This document shows, in pieces, positions 7,135 to 15,840 of a stretch of 42,974 bases of DNA; within the stretch, counting starts at the first letter, position 1; each line of letters opens with the position of its first letter. The notes below the pieces were generated by a model. It was given only the letters and a program-made list of their open reading frames with translations. It had not been told where the DNA came from and did no database searches. This stretch comes from a virus (lineage: Duplodnaviria; Caudoviricetes), in the IMG/VR virus record IMGVR_UViG_3300033067_000747, positions 1-42,974 of that record. One strand, written 5' to 3'. Both the position numbers and the translations under genes were made by a program.

Positions 7135-7618
7135 GGGAGGACTCCTTTCGCTTCTTGCCTTCCGGCGTTTCGCGGGAATAAAGGAACGCAGCAATCATTT
7201 CGAGCCCCACCTCTAACTTGGCAGATGGATTCTCCGTGTCCTTCATCGTGTGGTGATACTTCTCGAGATCATAGATATCGATATTCTCGAGGGCGATCGG
7301 CTTGTTCGCGTTCTCTTTAAAGAACCTCCCGAAGGTGATTTCGAACTTCGCTGGGTCGCGGCCGTTGGTCATGAATTTAGGTTCAGCGGGCTTCGCCGGT
7401 ACAGACTCCCGCGGGATAGGCAAAGGCGCGGGTAGTTGGGTTTTAGGTTTATCGCCTGCACGGCGAAGCTGCTGAACATTTTCGGGCGCCGCCACTGGGG
7501 CTGGCAGTTCCAAGTCATTCCATACCCACTTGCCCGCGATGCGAACGCCCACGCGATAGATTACGCGGATAGCTTCGATAGGGGATGGTCCGGGGATATT
7601 CAAATTTGTAACGCTCAT
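7118..7618 (-). CDS. Hypothetical early protein
   Basis: 166 aa, Pro-rich linker, small C-terminal domain (ITFGRF). Confidence 0.65.
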   Translation of the reverse strand: MSVTNLNIPGPSPIEAIRVIYRVGVRIAGKWVWNDLELPAPVAAPENVQQLRRAGDKPKTQLPAPLPIPRESVPAKPAEPKFMTNGRDPAKFEITFGRFFKENANKPIALENIDIYDLEKYHHTMKDTENPSAKLEVGLEMIAAFLYSRETPEGKKRKESSRGSRS

Positions 7619-7875
7619 ACGATTCCCTTTATCTCTTCAAGTTCCTGGGTCGCTTGGTCGATTGCCGCATCCCAAAGATCATCGCGTTCGCAGCGGCTTC
7701 CTACGTGGTCCATACATCTCTTCGCCACGCTGCACTTAGGGAAGGGCTTGATCCTCCTAAGCAATTGCTCCGCGCGGTCTTTGATCGCCGACTTCCGGGA
7801 CTTGTTCCCGCAGGCGATCTTGTTCGTGTTGTAACTGTGCAAAAGCCCAAGCATCCCCAACCCCTCTAAAGACAA
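7615..7875 (-). CDS. Hypothetical early protein
   Basis: ORF coupled to the next gene, start uncertain. Confidence 0.5.
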   Translation of the reverse strand: MSLEGLGMLGLLHSYNTNKIACGNKSRKSAIKDRAEQLLRRIKPFPKCSVAKRCMDHVGSRCERDDLWDAAIDQATQELEEIKGIV

Positions 7876-7927
7876 AAGAATCCCCTAGCCCTGAAAGGGC
7901 TTTATTAAAAATGCTGCCTTGTGCTAC

Positions 7928-8155
7928 TTAGCCAACTGCTCGGGACTTCGAACGCTTCTCTAGTCTGTTAATCGCTTCAACGATTCGACGGACCGTGCTA
8001 GCGCGAACGTCCTCGTTATCTGCATAGAAAGAACGCAACGTGTTAATCGCAAGGTTATCCGCTTCCACACAAATCTGCATGGGCGAAAGTCCAAGGCGTT
8101 CTGCACGCTCTTTTTGTCTAGCTCCGATAAGTGGCCTTGCTCCGATATTTTGCAT
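7928..8155 (-). CDS. Cro-like HTH regulator
   Basis: Divergent from the repressor, HTH-like segment LSPMQICVEADNLAINTLRSF. Start placed at ATG 8155 because the track's TTG at 8191 is the -35 box. Confidence 0.7.
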   Translation of the reverse strand: MQNIGARPLIGARQKERAERLGLSPMQICVEADNLAINTLRSFYADNEDVRASTVRRIVEAINRLEKRSKSRAVG

Positions 8156-8162
8156 GAATGAG

Positions 8163-8191
8163 GTTATAAGCCCCAACTGCAATGATGTCAA
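8163..8191 (-). promoter_or_regulatory. Sigma70-type early lytic promoter (PR-like)
   Basis: TTGACA, 17 nt, TATAAC on the minus strand. The cro ATG follows 7 nt after the -10 box. Confidence 0.8.
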
Positions 8192-8221
8192 CAGAGCGAT
8201 TAATAAAATAACTGGTGCTGT

Positions 8222-8635
8222 ATGCAGTCTTTAGGGCAGCGCATTAAGTTTTATCGCGAGGCTGCCGGGCTCTCTCAGCAGGAACTAGCCGATTCCCTAA
8301 AAGTTACGCAGTCTTCAGTTCAGCAATGGGAAAGCGGAAACAGTAACGTACAGAGCAAGCGCATCCCTTTAATCGCAAAGACGCTAGGGATTACGGAAAA
8401 AGATTTAGCCAGCGACATGCCACCCGCCACCGTGCCTTATCGGAAGCCATCACCAAATGAAATGGCACTCCACATTTTTGATTCGATGGGATTTACGGGA
8501 AAGCAAAAGGACGTGTTCCGCCTGCTGCTGAAGAATGAATTCTCTCAGGAGCAGCTAGGGGCGATCGAGAATTACGTGTCAGGATTACTTTCGGCTGTTA
8601 CGCCCACGCCCAATAACCAGCGTGAGTCTTCCTGA
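8222..8635 (+). CDS. XRE-family HTH repressor (CI-like, no peptidase domain)
   Basis: LGQRIKFYREAAGLSQQELADSLKVTQSSVQQWESG is a canonical HTH_3 pattern. Confidence 0.9.
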   Translation: MQSLGQRIKFYREAAGLSQQELADSLKVTQSSVQQWESGNSNVQSKRIPLIAKTLGITEKDLASDMPPATVPYRKPSPNEMALHIFDSMGFTGKQKDVFRLLLKNEFSQEQLGAIENYVSGLLSAVTPTPNNQRESS

Positions 8636-8797
8636 TATCGTCGATCGAACCAACTTTTCCGCGTGCTCGAGAAGGACTTCCGCCTTCGCCATCGCCGCCG
8701 TTGCAGAGCGAATCTCCGAGCGCAGCTGGGTCGCTTGAATCAAGATATCTTCTAGCTTCTTCTGCTCATCCCGACTCATCGCCATATTTTTAATCAT
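8585..8797 (-). CDS. Hypothetical coiled-coil protein
   Basis: 70-aa ORF convergent on, and overlapping, the repressor 3' end. Confidence 0.4.
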   Translation of the reverse strand: MIKNMAMSRDEQKKLEDILIQATQLRSEIRSATAAMAKAEVLLEHAEKLVRSTISGRLTLVIGRGRNSRK

Positions 8798-8949
8798 CCG
8801 TAGTTTTTAGCAGGAATTCATATTTTATCAACACGGGGCATAATTACCCATCGACTATATGCAAAAATACTGTAGTTAATTTAAATTAAATGCGTTTAGT
8901 TAATCCTCGCTATGCTCAAGGTTTTCAGCTCCTTGGCCGATTGATACTC

Positions 8950-9336
8950 ATGAAACAAATACTAATTGTTGCGACATTGTTTAGCTTCGCTGGCTGCGCC
9001 ATCACTGATCGACGTGAAGAAAGCAGTAAGAGATTCGATACTTCGGTGAAGCCTCTGCTAGAAATTTACTCCACGTGCATGCACAAATACGCGATCACCC
9101 ATCTAACCGCCGCCGCCTCCCCATATCAAATAGGCGATGCGGCTGCAGGTTACTGCTCGATTGCTTTCTCGAAATTAGAGCAGGCTTTAATCGAACACCT
9201 TCAAGAAGGAACATCGAGCAGCTACCAGGCGACAGCCTATGAGAGAGCCAAAGAATCAGCCAAAGAACTTCGAACCGACTTTATTCGTGACGTAGTTCAA
9301 ACCGTCGTAGAGGCGCGAACACCTGCCAGTGAATAA
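8950..9336 (+). CDS. Lipoprotein, possible lysogenic-conversion or exclusion factor
   Basis: MKQILIVATLFSFAGC lipoprotein signal, same strand as the repressor. Confidence 0.7.
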   Translation: MKQILIVATLFSFAGCAITDRREESSKRFDTSVKPLLEIYSTCMHKYAITHLTAAASPYQIGDAAAGYCSIAFSKLEQALIEHLQEGTSSSYQATAYERAKESAKELRTDFIRDVVQTVVEARTPASE

Positions 9337-9464
9337 CTAGCGGAAGTCCCCTTCACCTTTTCCCGCGATATCTTCCCGCCTCTTAATCAAAAGCGCGCGG
9401 AACATCGGCAGCGGCATTCCGGAATAGGTAAGACGAATCACCCAGTCCAAGACCTCGAGCGCCG

Positions 9465-10463
9465 TCACGCCGGACCTTTGAGACTCATCTTCTTTTTAAG
9501 AGAGAAGAGATTATTCCCAGCCCCCTTGCGCGAGCTCCACGTTCCGCAAGCATTACAAAGGTAGCGCTGGAACTTTCCCGTGGTCGTGAAGCTGTAGCCA
9601 CGTTTTGTTAGATCCGTGCTCCCACAGTGGCAGCGAAACACAGCGTCCCCGTGGTACACGTTGAGATCGACCCCCGCTCCCCACGGCGCAAGCTTCTTAT
9701 AAAGCGCATGCGTCCCAATCACGTCGGCAATATTATACGTCCGCATTTCCTCCCAAGCCTTTGCGTTTCCGTTAAGACATTCCTTCCAGAGATCCATTCC
9801 GGGAAAGTTCTTATGCGCGTCCTTCTGCGTCTTAGGGCACAGCTTGCCGAGAAGATACTCAAGCTTGTTCGAAGTAAAGCCAAAGTGCTTCCGCGCCAAT
9901 GTCAGCGTATCGATGTGTTTGTAAGGGGAGGGTGGCTTGATTCCATGAATCGCTAGCCTTGCATTCACGATCTTCGCGTCGAACTTCTTTCCGTTCTGCG
10001 TTACCACTACGTCCGCCTCGTCGAGTAAATCCCTTAGCTCGAGGCATATCTTCTTATCGTCCGCGATGTTTTTGACGTTCCTTTGGTCCCGGTAAATAAC
10101 CTTCGTTGGCGCATCTGCTGCCCACATGGCGGCGAACGATAAGAGGTGGCGATCCTTTAGTATCTGATTCAGCCCCACGTTCTGATCGAAGAGACCGAAA
10201 ACGAGAACGACCATGGGGCTCGTCTCGATATCGAATACCAAGACCTTTGGCTCCCGCGGCTCGTACTTCTCTCTCTGCTCTTCCTCTTGCCCAGCCGCTC
10301 GCTTGATTCCGAGCCACCCGCCAAGCCTTGTTATGATTGGGTCATACTCGCGGCTCCCATACTTCCCCCCGTGGAGATCGTACTCGGCGCGCGTGGGGTA
10401 GTGGCCTAGCGTTTGGCGAATGCGGATTACATCCTGCACAATTTTATGAGCAACGTCTTTCAT
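9465..10463 (-). CDS. RNase H-fold 3'-5' exonuclease (RNase_H_2/YprB-like) with C-terminal zinc ribbon
   Basis: VFDIET, QNGKKFD, HIDTL, YNIADV motifs and CHCGS...YLCNACG. Confidence 0.88.
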   Translation of the reverse strand: MKDVAHKIVQDVIRIRQTLGHYPTRAEYDLHGGKYGSREYDPIITRLGGWLGIKRAAGQEEEQREKYEPREPKVLVFDIETSPMVVLVFGLFDQNVGLNQILKDRHLLSFAAMWAADAPTKVIYRDQRNVKNIADDKKICLELRDLLDEADVVVTQNGKKFDAKIVNARLAIHGIKPPSPYKHIDTLTLARKHFGFTSNKLEYLLGKLCPKTQKDAHKNFPGMDLWKECLNGNAKAWEEMRTYNIADVIGTHALYKKLAPWGAGVDLNVYHGDAVFRCHCGSTDLTKRGYSFTTTGKFQRYLCNACGTWSSRKGAGNNLFSLKKKMSLKGPA

Positions 10464-10611
10464 ATCCCTGCTTCCTTGCGGTGGGTTACTTCTTACGTTT
10501 TCGTTTCAGCGCCAGGCGCTTTCTCTTCGTATACTTCTTTCGCTCTGCTTTTACTTCAGCCTTGGTCTTTCCCTGTATCTCGTCGAGATCGTCCATTGAT
10601 CTCTCCTTTGA

Positions 10612-11004
10612 TTAGATACCTACTGGCATCACGGTTTTTAAAATCTTGTCGAGCGCCTGAATCACGTCATCCACCGATTTAACGGCGACGTTACAATCTG
10701 GTCCCGCAATCCTGCAGGCTTTCAGCCAGTCGAGTTTTATGTCGGTCCAACTTTTTGCGTCGATCATGAGCATGGTCGGGCGCTGCAGCTTCCAATCGCT
10801 AGCGTTAACGAGTTCCTTCTTGTGGGACTGCGACCACACACACGCGCCCTCGGCGCCGTCCACGAAGGGAATCTCTAAGCATACTCTTGCGTTCGTTACC
10901 TTGCCGCTTCCGGCGCAGCTACTTAGGACCGTCGCCCACAACGCCAATTTTAGAAATGATCTCGAGATACTGCTGCCGGATTTTCTGCTTCTCAGTTTCA
11001 TCAT
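10612..11004 (-). CDS. Lipoprotein, o-spanin (Rz1-like) candidate
   Basis: LWATVLSSC lipobox, 5' end overlaps the upstream membrane gene in another frame. Start uncertain. Confidence 0.55.
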   Translation of the reverse strand: MMKLRSRKSGSSISRSFLKLALWATVLSSCAGSGKVTNARVCLEIPFVDGAEGACVWSQSHKKELVNASDWKLQRPTMLMIDAKSWTDIKLDWLKACRIAGPDCNVAVKSVDDVIQALDKILKTVMPVGI

Positions 11005-11287
11005 AAAGTTTCGCCGTCGCTTTCTCGTAAGCCGCTTTTGCGAGCACTTCAAACTCCTTCAGATTCCGCCCCTCTTTGAGAGCGTCAAGAGTGAAGTCGA
11101 TTAGGTAAACGCCTTCTTCGATAAAGATGCCCACAATTCCGGAGAGGAAATACTTAATGATCGTGGCGGGGATTCCAACGATTCCGAAGTTAGCGAGGAG
11201 CAGGGAGCTACCTAGCTGCACCACGAAGAGATTCCTGTTCTTTGTAGAGAAGAATCTAACGATGAGACTAGCTAGCCCCTTGCTCAC
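10919..11287 (-). CDS. Membrane protein, i-spanin (Rz-like) or holin candidate
   Basis: N-terminal hydrophobic helices plus a charged helical C-terminus. Confidence 0.5.
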   Translation of the reverse strand: MSKGLASLIVRFFSTKNRNLFVVQLGSSLLLANFGIVGIPATIIKYFLSGIVGIFIEEGVYLIDFTLDALKEGRNLKEFEVLAKAAYEKATAKLYDETEKQKIRQQYLEIISKIGVVGDGPK

Positions 11288-11291
11288 TGAC

Positions 11292-11612
11292 TTAGGCTTT
11301 CTTAGAGAACGCCGAAACCACTTCTGCAGGGATTTCGGAAATGTGAATGCGGAGATCCAAAACGGGCACGCCGTTTTTATTCGGGTCCACGGTCACAGAG
11401 AAATATTCACCATCCATTTTAATATCAAGAACTTTAGCTTCCATTTCAGTCTCCTTTGTTACTAGCGTTTGCACTTCCAAATTTGGTACGAGGGTGAGAC
11501 GCGGACGCAGTCTTCGACGTAGACGATTGATGAGCAGGACGAAAGCACCTGCCAGCATGTGAGCGCCGTAATCAGCAAGAAGATTGCCCAGGCGTCTGAG
11601 CTGCTCATTCAA
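11292..11612 (-). CDS. Hypothetical protein in the lysis region
   Basis: 106-aa ORF with one hydrophobic stretch. An internal AAGGAG RBS before MEAKVL suggests a second start. Confidence 0.5.
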   Translation of the reverse strand: MNEQLRRLGNLLADYGAHMLAGAFVLLINRLRRRLRPRLTLVPNLEVQTLVTKETEMEAKVLDIKMDGEYFSVTVDPNKNGVPVLDLRIHISEIPAEVVSAFSKKA

Positions 11613-11815
11613 GGGCGATCCTCTAAGCGCTCGATGCGCTTCTCGTGATTCGCCACCTTCTCAATCACTACGGCGACGTTGAGGTTTAGACTGCCGACCG
11701 ACAACTTCATTGAGTCCACAGCATCCGCCAGCTTATCGATCGACCGAGCCACCCATCCCGCGATCGCCAGTGCCATGAATCCAAAAAGATATGGCACGAT
11801 AGTTACCCAATCCAT
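11609..11815 (-). CDS. Holin-like single-TM coiled-coil protein
   Basis: N-terminal TM then a coiled coil ending HEKRIERLE. GGAGG RBS. Confidence 0.6.
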   Translation of the reverse strand: MDWVTIVPYLFGFMALAIAGWVARSIDKLADAVDSMKLSVGSLNLNVAVVIEKVANHEKRIERLEDRP

Positions 11816-13017
11816 TGAGCCTCCCTATAGAGTCCACTTGTTAAAATCCACGCCCCAAATAGAGCGGTCCATCCGACGTGCAGCGTGGGGTTTACAAAGG
11901 TGAGAACTCCGAACATCAGGAGGGCCAGGAGCTCGTGCATCTCCCTCTCTTTGAAGAAGGTTCGGATGGCATTTAGGTAGTTAAGGAGGAGGAGGCTGAA
12001 GCCGATCACCCCTGTCGCTAGTAGCATTTCTAACCAGTCATTATGCGGCCAGGCCCACCAGTTATTGTCCCGGAATTTAAAAAGCTCTTGAAGGCTAAGA
12101 GTAAAGACTCCGATCGTCCCGATACCAGAACCAAAGGCCCATGCCTTAACGGCGTGCACGGGATGGAGAAGAAGTGATTTTACAAGTAGAGTCCAAATGG
12201 GTAGGCGATCCCCATTAGAGAAGAACTCCCTCTTCCCAAGAAGAAACAATCCCAGCCCAGCGAGAAGTGGAAAAGCTAAAAGGACGTGCCACTTCCTTAA
12301 ATGCAGGGCATTGAAAGCGATCAAGAGGCCTAGCATTCCGATCGCCACACTGCTTTTGGAGAGAATCACGGAAGCCACGGCAGCAGCCACGATCACGCGC
12401 GAAACATAGTTCCATTCTTTGCGACCAAAGTACTTCACCACGAAGGGAATCGTCGCCACGATAAAGCCTGTGTTCTGTGAGGGATTCATTAAAACCCCGC
12501 CGCATGAGTTCATTGATACGCAGTGGTCCGGGGAGAAGATAAATTCGCCAAGTACTCGAAAGGTACTAACCGTGCAGAATATCGCGGCCATCATTCCGCC
12601 AAGATCAATCAAGTCTTGGCGGTAGAACGATCTCGACATGAATGGCGCGATTACGATTAGTAGGCCAAATAGAGAAGTAGCCGACTGCCAGCGAATGCCC
12701 AGCTGCTCGACTCCATCAACTGCTTCCAGCCCGTTACGCCACCAGAAGGAAGTCCAAACGCCTTGAGCGATAAGGTAGAAAATAAGTAGACCGGCAGGCG
12801 CGCCAAACTTCTTTGTGACATCTCGAGAGAATATCCAGCCGCACGCCAAGAAGACCGCGAGCCATCCTGTTTGGTAGTAACCAAATGGGACCATGTACTT
12901 TACGATCTGTAGCTCGCCTACGGGAGACGACCCGAAGAGAGTGAAGAAGGAAGCTAAGAGAATGAGAATCGCGATCATCATTCCCATGGATCCTTCTGTG
13001 AAAATGGAAAGCAACAC
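11803..13017 (-). CDS. O-antigen ligase / Wzy_C-family polytopic membrane protein
   Basis: Many TM segments, SKS, R-x-x-IW, FGSGIG, and PHNDWLEMLLATGVIG matching the family HN motif. Confidence 0.85.
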   Translation of the reverse strand: MLLSIFTEGSMGMMIAILILLASFFTLFGSSPVGELQIVKYMVPFGYYQTGWLAVFLACGWIFSRDVTKKFGAPAGLLIFYLIAQGVWTSFWWRNGLEAVDGVEQLGIRWQSATSLFGLLIVIAPFMSRSFYRQDLIDLGGMMAAIFCTVSTFRVLGEFIFSPDHCVSMNSCGGVLMNPSQNTGFIVATIPFVVKYFGRKEWNYVSRVIVAAAVASVILSKSSVAIGMLGLLIAFNALHLRKWHVLLAFPLLAGLGLFLLGKREFFSNGDRLPIWTLLVKSLLLHPVHAVKAWAFGSGIGTIGVFTLSLQELFKFRDNNWWAWPHNDWLEMLLATGVIGFSLLLLNYLNAIRTFFKEREMHELLALLMFGVLTFVNPTLHVGWTALFGAWILTSGLYREAQWIG

Positions 13018-13066
13018 AGGAGCAGGGGAAAAGTAAAAAACCCTATCGTTAAACCAATTATAAAAA

Positions 13067-13957
13067 TCATTGGGCTTGGTACCTTACCCATACGCCGCCG
13101 CTGCCGCCGGCACCCGCTAGTTCGCCTAAATTAAATTTACTTCCGCCGCCGCCGCCGCCGCCAGTATTGGCCGTACCAGCTACGGCCGCATTGTCTCCGA
13201 CGTCGCCGCCGCCAGTTCCGCCGCCGCAAGTAGCTAGGCCGCGAGTATTATTTCCTGATCCACCACCGCCACCACCGGCTCTGCAAACGCTCGAACCTGT
13301 GATGTTGTCGGAAGTTCCAGCTCCACCGTCGCCATCGCTCGAAACGCCGCCGCTGTGCCCTACGGCACTCGAACCACCACCGCCGCCGCCGTTCGTGAAG
13401 CTACCAGGAGCGCCACCAGCACAGCCTTGCCCACCGATCCCCGTGCCTCCGGTTTGCCCGGACGCCGCCGCTCCTGAACCGCCGCCTCCGCTCGCTCCGC
13501 TTCTTCCATTACTTTGATATGCACCGCCACCGCCGCCGCCCGAGACTGATACTCCATTAAATGAACTTGTCCCACCGTCTCCGCCGCTATTTCCAGATCC
13601 GTTCCCAGCAGTCCCGCCAAGACCAACGACCGCATTTAGTGATCCGGCTGAAATCGCCTGACTCGTTGATTTGGTATATCCACCAGCGCCACCGCCGCCG
13701 CCGCCATAACCAGCGCCGCCGCCGCCGCCGCCGCCGATTACTAGAGTGTCTACGGTTCCGGATCCGGTAACTGTGAGCGCAGTTGTTCCGGTAGAACTAA
13801 CGACGCATATTTTGAAATTGCCATCCGTGAGCGTGCTATTGCATCCGGAGATAGAAATAAAACTTGCGCCAGATGGCTGAGCTAAAAACGAAAATGGCAG
13901 ATACCCCGCACTCGAGTGCAGGGTTAGGCCGATAAGTAAGAAGAGAGTCCTAAGCAT
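13067..13957 (-). CDS. Glycine-rich tail-fibre/adhesin-like protein with signal peptide
   Basis: LVIGGGGGGG...ANTGGGGGG...GGSGGVWVRY phage Gly-rich domain. N-terminus MLRTLFLLIGLTLHSSA. Confidence 0.75.
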   Translation of the reverse strand: MLRTLFLLIGLTLHSSAGYLPFSFLAQPSGASFISISGCNSTLTDGNFKICVVSSTGTTALTVTGSGTVDTLVIGGGGGGGAGYGGGGGGAGGYTKSTSQAISAGSLNAVVGLGGTAGNGSGNSGGDGGTSSFNGVSVSGGGGGGAYQSNGRSGASGGGGSGAAASGQTGGTGIGGQGCAGGAPGSFTNGGGGGGSSAVGHSGGVSSDGDGGAGTSDNITGSSVCRAGGGGGGSGNNTRGLATCGGGTGGGDVGDNAAVAGTANTGGGGGGGSKFNLGELAGAGGSGGVWVRYQAQ

Positions 13958-14814
13958 TAAAACCCGCCAAAGGCTTGGTTAAACGCCCCGAACATTTCTG
14001 TTCCGTCGTAGAAAACTGTAACGATGTCTTTCTTACCTGCGGTCGATGCGGTCGGAATCGTTGAGTTAGCCCAAAGCACAGAGTTCCCTTGTGTGTTCGT
14101 ATTTGGGAAAGTGTACGTAAAGGTCGAGGGGTTTTTGATTCTAACGATGATCGTTTGCCCGGCCACTCTCTTAGAAAATGTAAAGGCAGTGTTAGCCGAT
14201 AGAGTTTTTAGGAAACAGTTTCCTTGCGACCAGTCGATATCACTCGCTGATACCGTTACGCATCCGGGAATAGCTACGACTGAAGCAGCCCAAGCCGTTC
14301 CGGTGCTGTAAATTGTAGCGCCGTAAGTAGCCGATGGAGTGATCGGAATCGGAGGAACGCTATATCCGCCATTCGACATTAGGAACTTTCCGAGACCTGT
14401 ATCTCCGGCCGATGGCGCCGGCACTAGACCGCGTTGACCCGCTCCCGTTCCCGTATCTCCCGTGAATGTAGTGATCATCGCCGTCAATTGGCCAGCAGTG
14501 ATATCTGTCGGAGTTCCGGCAGAGGCTGAAATGTTTGCCTTCACAGTGCTGGAATTCATGAGGCTTAAATTCACGTTGTTGATACCAGCAGCACCCGAGA
14601 GATTCGTATCAGTAAGCCCCGTGATCGTATTGCTTCCAGCCGCGATAGTTTTGTTCGTCATCGTTTGGGCAGCAGTTCGACCTAAAACGTCTTGAGAGCT
14701 AAAAGGAAATTTCCATGTACTAGCTCGGTCGCTCGACCGGATCTGGTCAGCATCAATGACTCTGACGGAAGCGTGGGAAGAGAGAGCGGAGAGAAGGATA
14801 AATAAAAGTTTCAT
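13957..14814 (-). CDS. Tail-fibre-like protein with signal peptide
   Basis: QTMTNKTI, GLVPAPSAGD, IDWSQGN...DIVTVFYDG fibre-type motifs. N-terminus MKLLFILLSALSSHA. Confidence 0.75.
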   Translation of the reverse strand: MKLLFILLSALSSHASVRVIDADQIRSSDRASTWKFPFSSQDVLGRTAAQTMTNKTIAAGSNTITGLTDTNLSGAAGINNVNLSLMNSSTVKANISASAGTPTDITAGQLTAMITTFTGDTGTGAGQRGLVPAPSAGDTGLGKFLMSNGGYSVPPIPITPSATYGATIYSTGTAWAASVVAIPGCVTVSASDIDWSQGNCFLKTLSANTAFTFSKRVAGQTIIVRIKNPSTFTYTFPNTNTQGNSVLWANSTIPTASTAGKKDIVTVFYDGTEMFGAFNQAFGGF

Positions 14815-15789
14815 TTAAGTGCTCCTCGACATTTCGCGCCATAACGTGGACCCATGGTCCCAGCTGAATTGAATGCAATCCCCAGCAGCTAGAACGCATG
14901 TTCCTTTAACGGATACTCTTCCAGCCGTGTCTAAAGTGAGTGTGTTTGTGTCGGAGCATCCAAATAGAATCAGCTCCTGAGCGTCGGCCGTTCCGGCTTG
15001 AATGTTACCGAGCGATTGAGCGCCGCCAGAACCTTGAACGTATGATTTTGTAAATTGAGAACCCGCAGTAAAGGTGATGTTACCCGAACCTGCGATACTA
15101 TTTGGAGAAGCGAATGTTCCGGAGACTACGACTCCCACCGCTGCTGCGGCTGCTGCGGCCGATACGGCGGCGGCTGCTTCGGAAGCGGCGGCTGCGACTG
15201 CGCTTGCGGCGGCGGCCGTAGCAGAAGCAGAAGCCCCAGAGATTGCGGTCGAAGATGGCCAGTCAGCTACGGCAGCCCATCCGTCGCCCGTGGAGTTAAC
15301 CGTGGGAACCTTATTGTCGGAGTTATCCATATCCTGCGGAAGGATGGGATTAAAGTCTGCTGCAATATAGGTTTCCGGGAGTCTTACCGAACGTAAGGTC
15401 TCGTCCTGTAGAAGCTGAGCATACATGGCCAGGCGATCGAAGGCGTCTTCTAGGGCTTCGCGGTAGGCGTCCCCTTGGTTCCGCACGTCGGTGGCTTGAA
15501 GGATATTTGGCTTGCGGCGGATTACGATCTTGTAACCGCTCTTTAGATTCCCGGAAGTGAGCCATGCTTGAGAGGCGTTAACAAGGGTTACAGTTCCCCC
15601 CGTCGTCGTCCCGGCTCCGGAGACAGTAAAGTCAGTCGTGAGCACTAGGGTCGTTTCGACGGGAGGAGAAGCGTTAGAGCGAACCGTGACTAGAAGGTCC
15701 GATGTCGCGTCAATTTGAAACGAGTAGTCATATGCGCTCGTCGCCGCATCGCCAGTATACCTAACCCTATTTGTGGTTGAGCTAATCAT
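14815..15789 (-). CDS. Tail fibre with podovirus-type N-terminal anchor domain
   Basis: MISSTTNRVRYTGD..YDYSF..EDAFDRLAMYAQ anchor followed by an Ala-rich stalk. Confidence 0.85.
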   Translation of the reverse strand: MISSTTNRVRYTGDAATSAYDYSFQIDATSDLLVTVRSNASPPVETTLVLTTDFTVSGAGTTTGGTVTLVNASQAWLTSGNLKSGYKIVIRRKPNILQATDVRNQGDAYREALEDAFDRLAMYAQLLQDETLRSVRLPETYIAADFNPILPQDMDNSDNKVPTVNSTGDGWAAVADWPSSTAISGASASATAAAASAVAAAASEAAAAVSAAAAAAAVGVVVSGTFASPNSIAGSGNITFTAGSQFTKSYVQGSGGAQSLGNIQAGTADAQELILFGCSDTNTLTLDTAGRVSVKGTCVLAAGDCIQFSWDHGSTLWREMSRST

Positions 15790-15809
15790 CGGCGATTTCC
15801 TGCCTTTCG

Positions 15810-15840
15810 ATTGTAAGTGCGTGGTGCTTTAATGTCACCA
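15810..15840 (-). promoter_or_regulatory. Promoter for the fibre/lysis block with an overlapping palindromic operator
   Basis: GTGACA, 17 nt, TACAAT on the minus strand. TGGTG-N9-CACCA at 15822-15840 covers the -35 box. Confidence 0.65.

Noticed and set aside
7887-7901. Hairpin AGCCCTGAAAGGGCT resembling lambda nut boxB
   Set aside because: The resemblance is on the strand opposite to early transcription, and no boxA or N-like gene was recognised.
13140-13740. GCC/CCG microsatellite-like runs and Pro-rich plus-strand ORFs
   Set aside because: Explained by poly-Gly codons of the minus-strand gene.
13067-15789. Diversity-generating retroelement as in BPP-1
   Set aside because: No reverse transcriptase ORF, and I saw no template/variable repeat pair differing at adenines.
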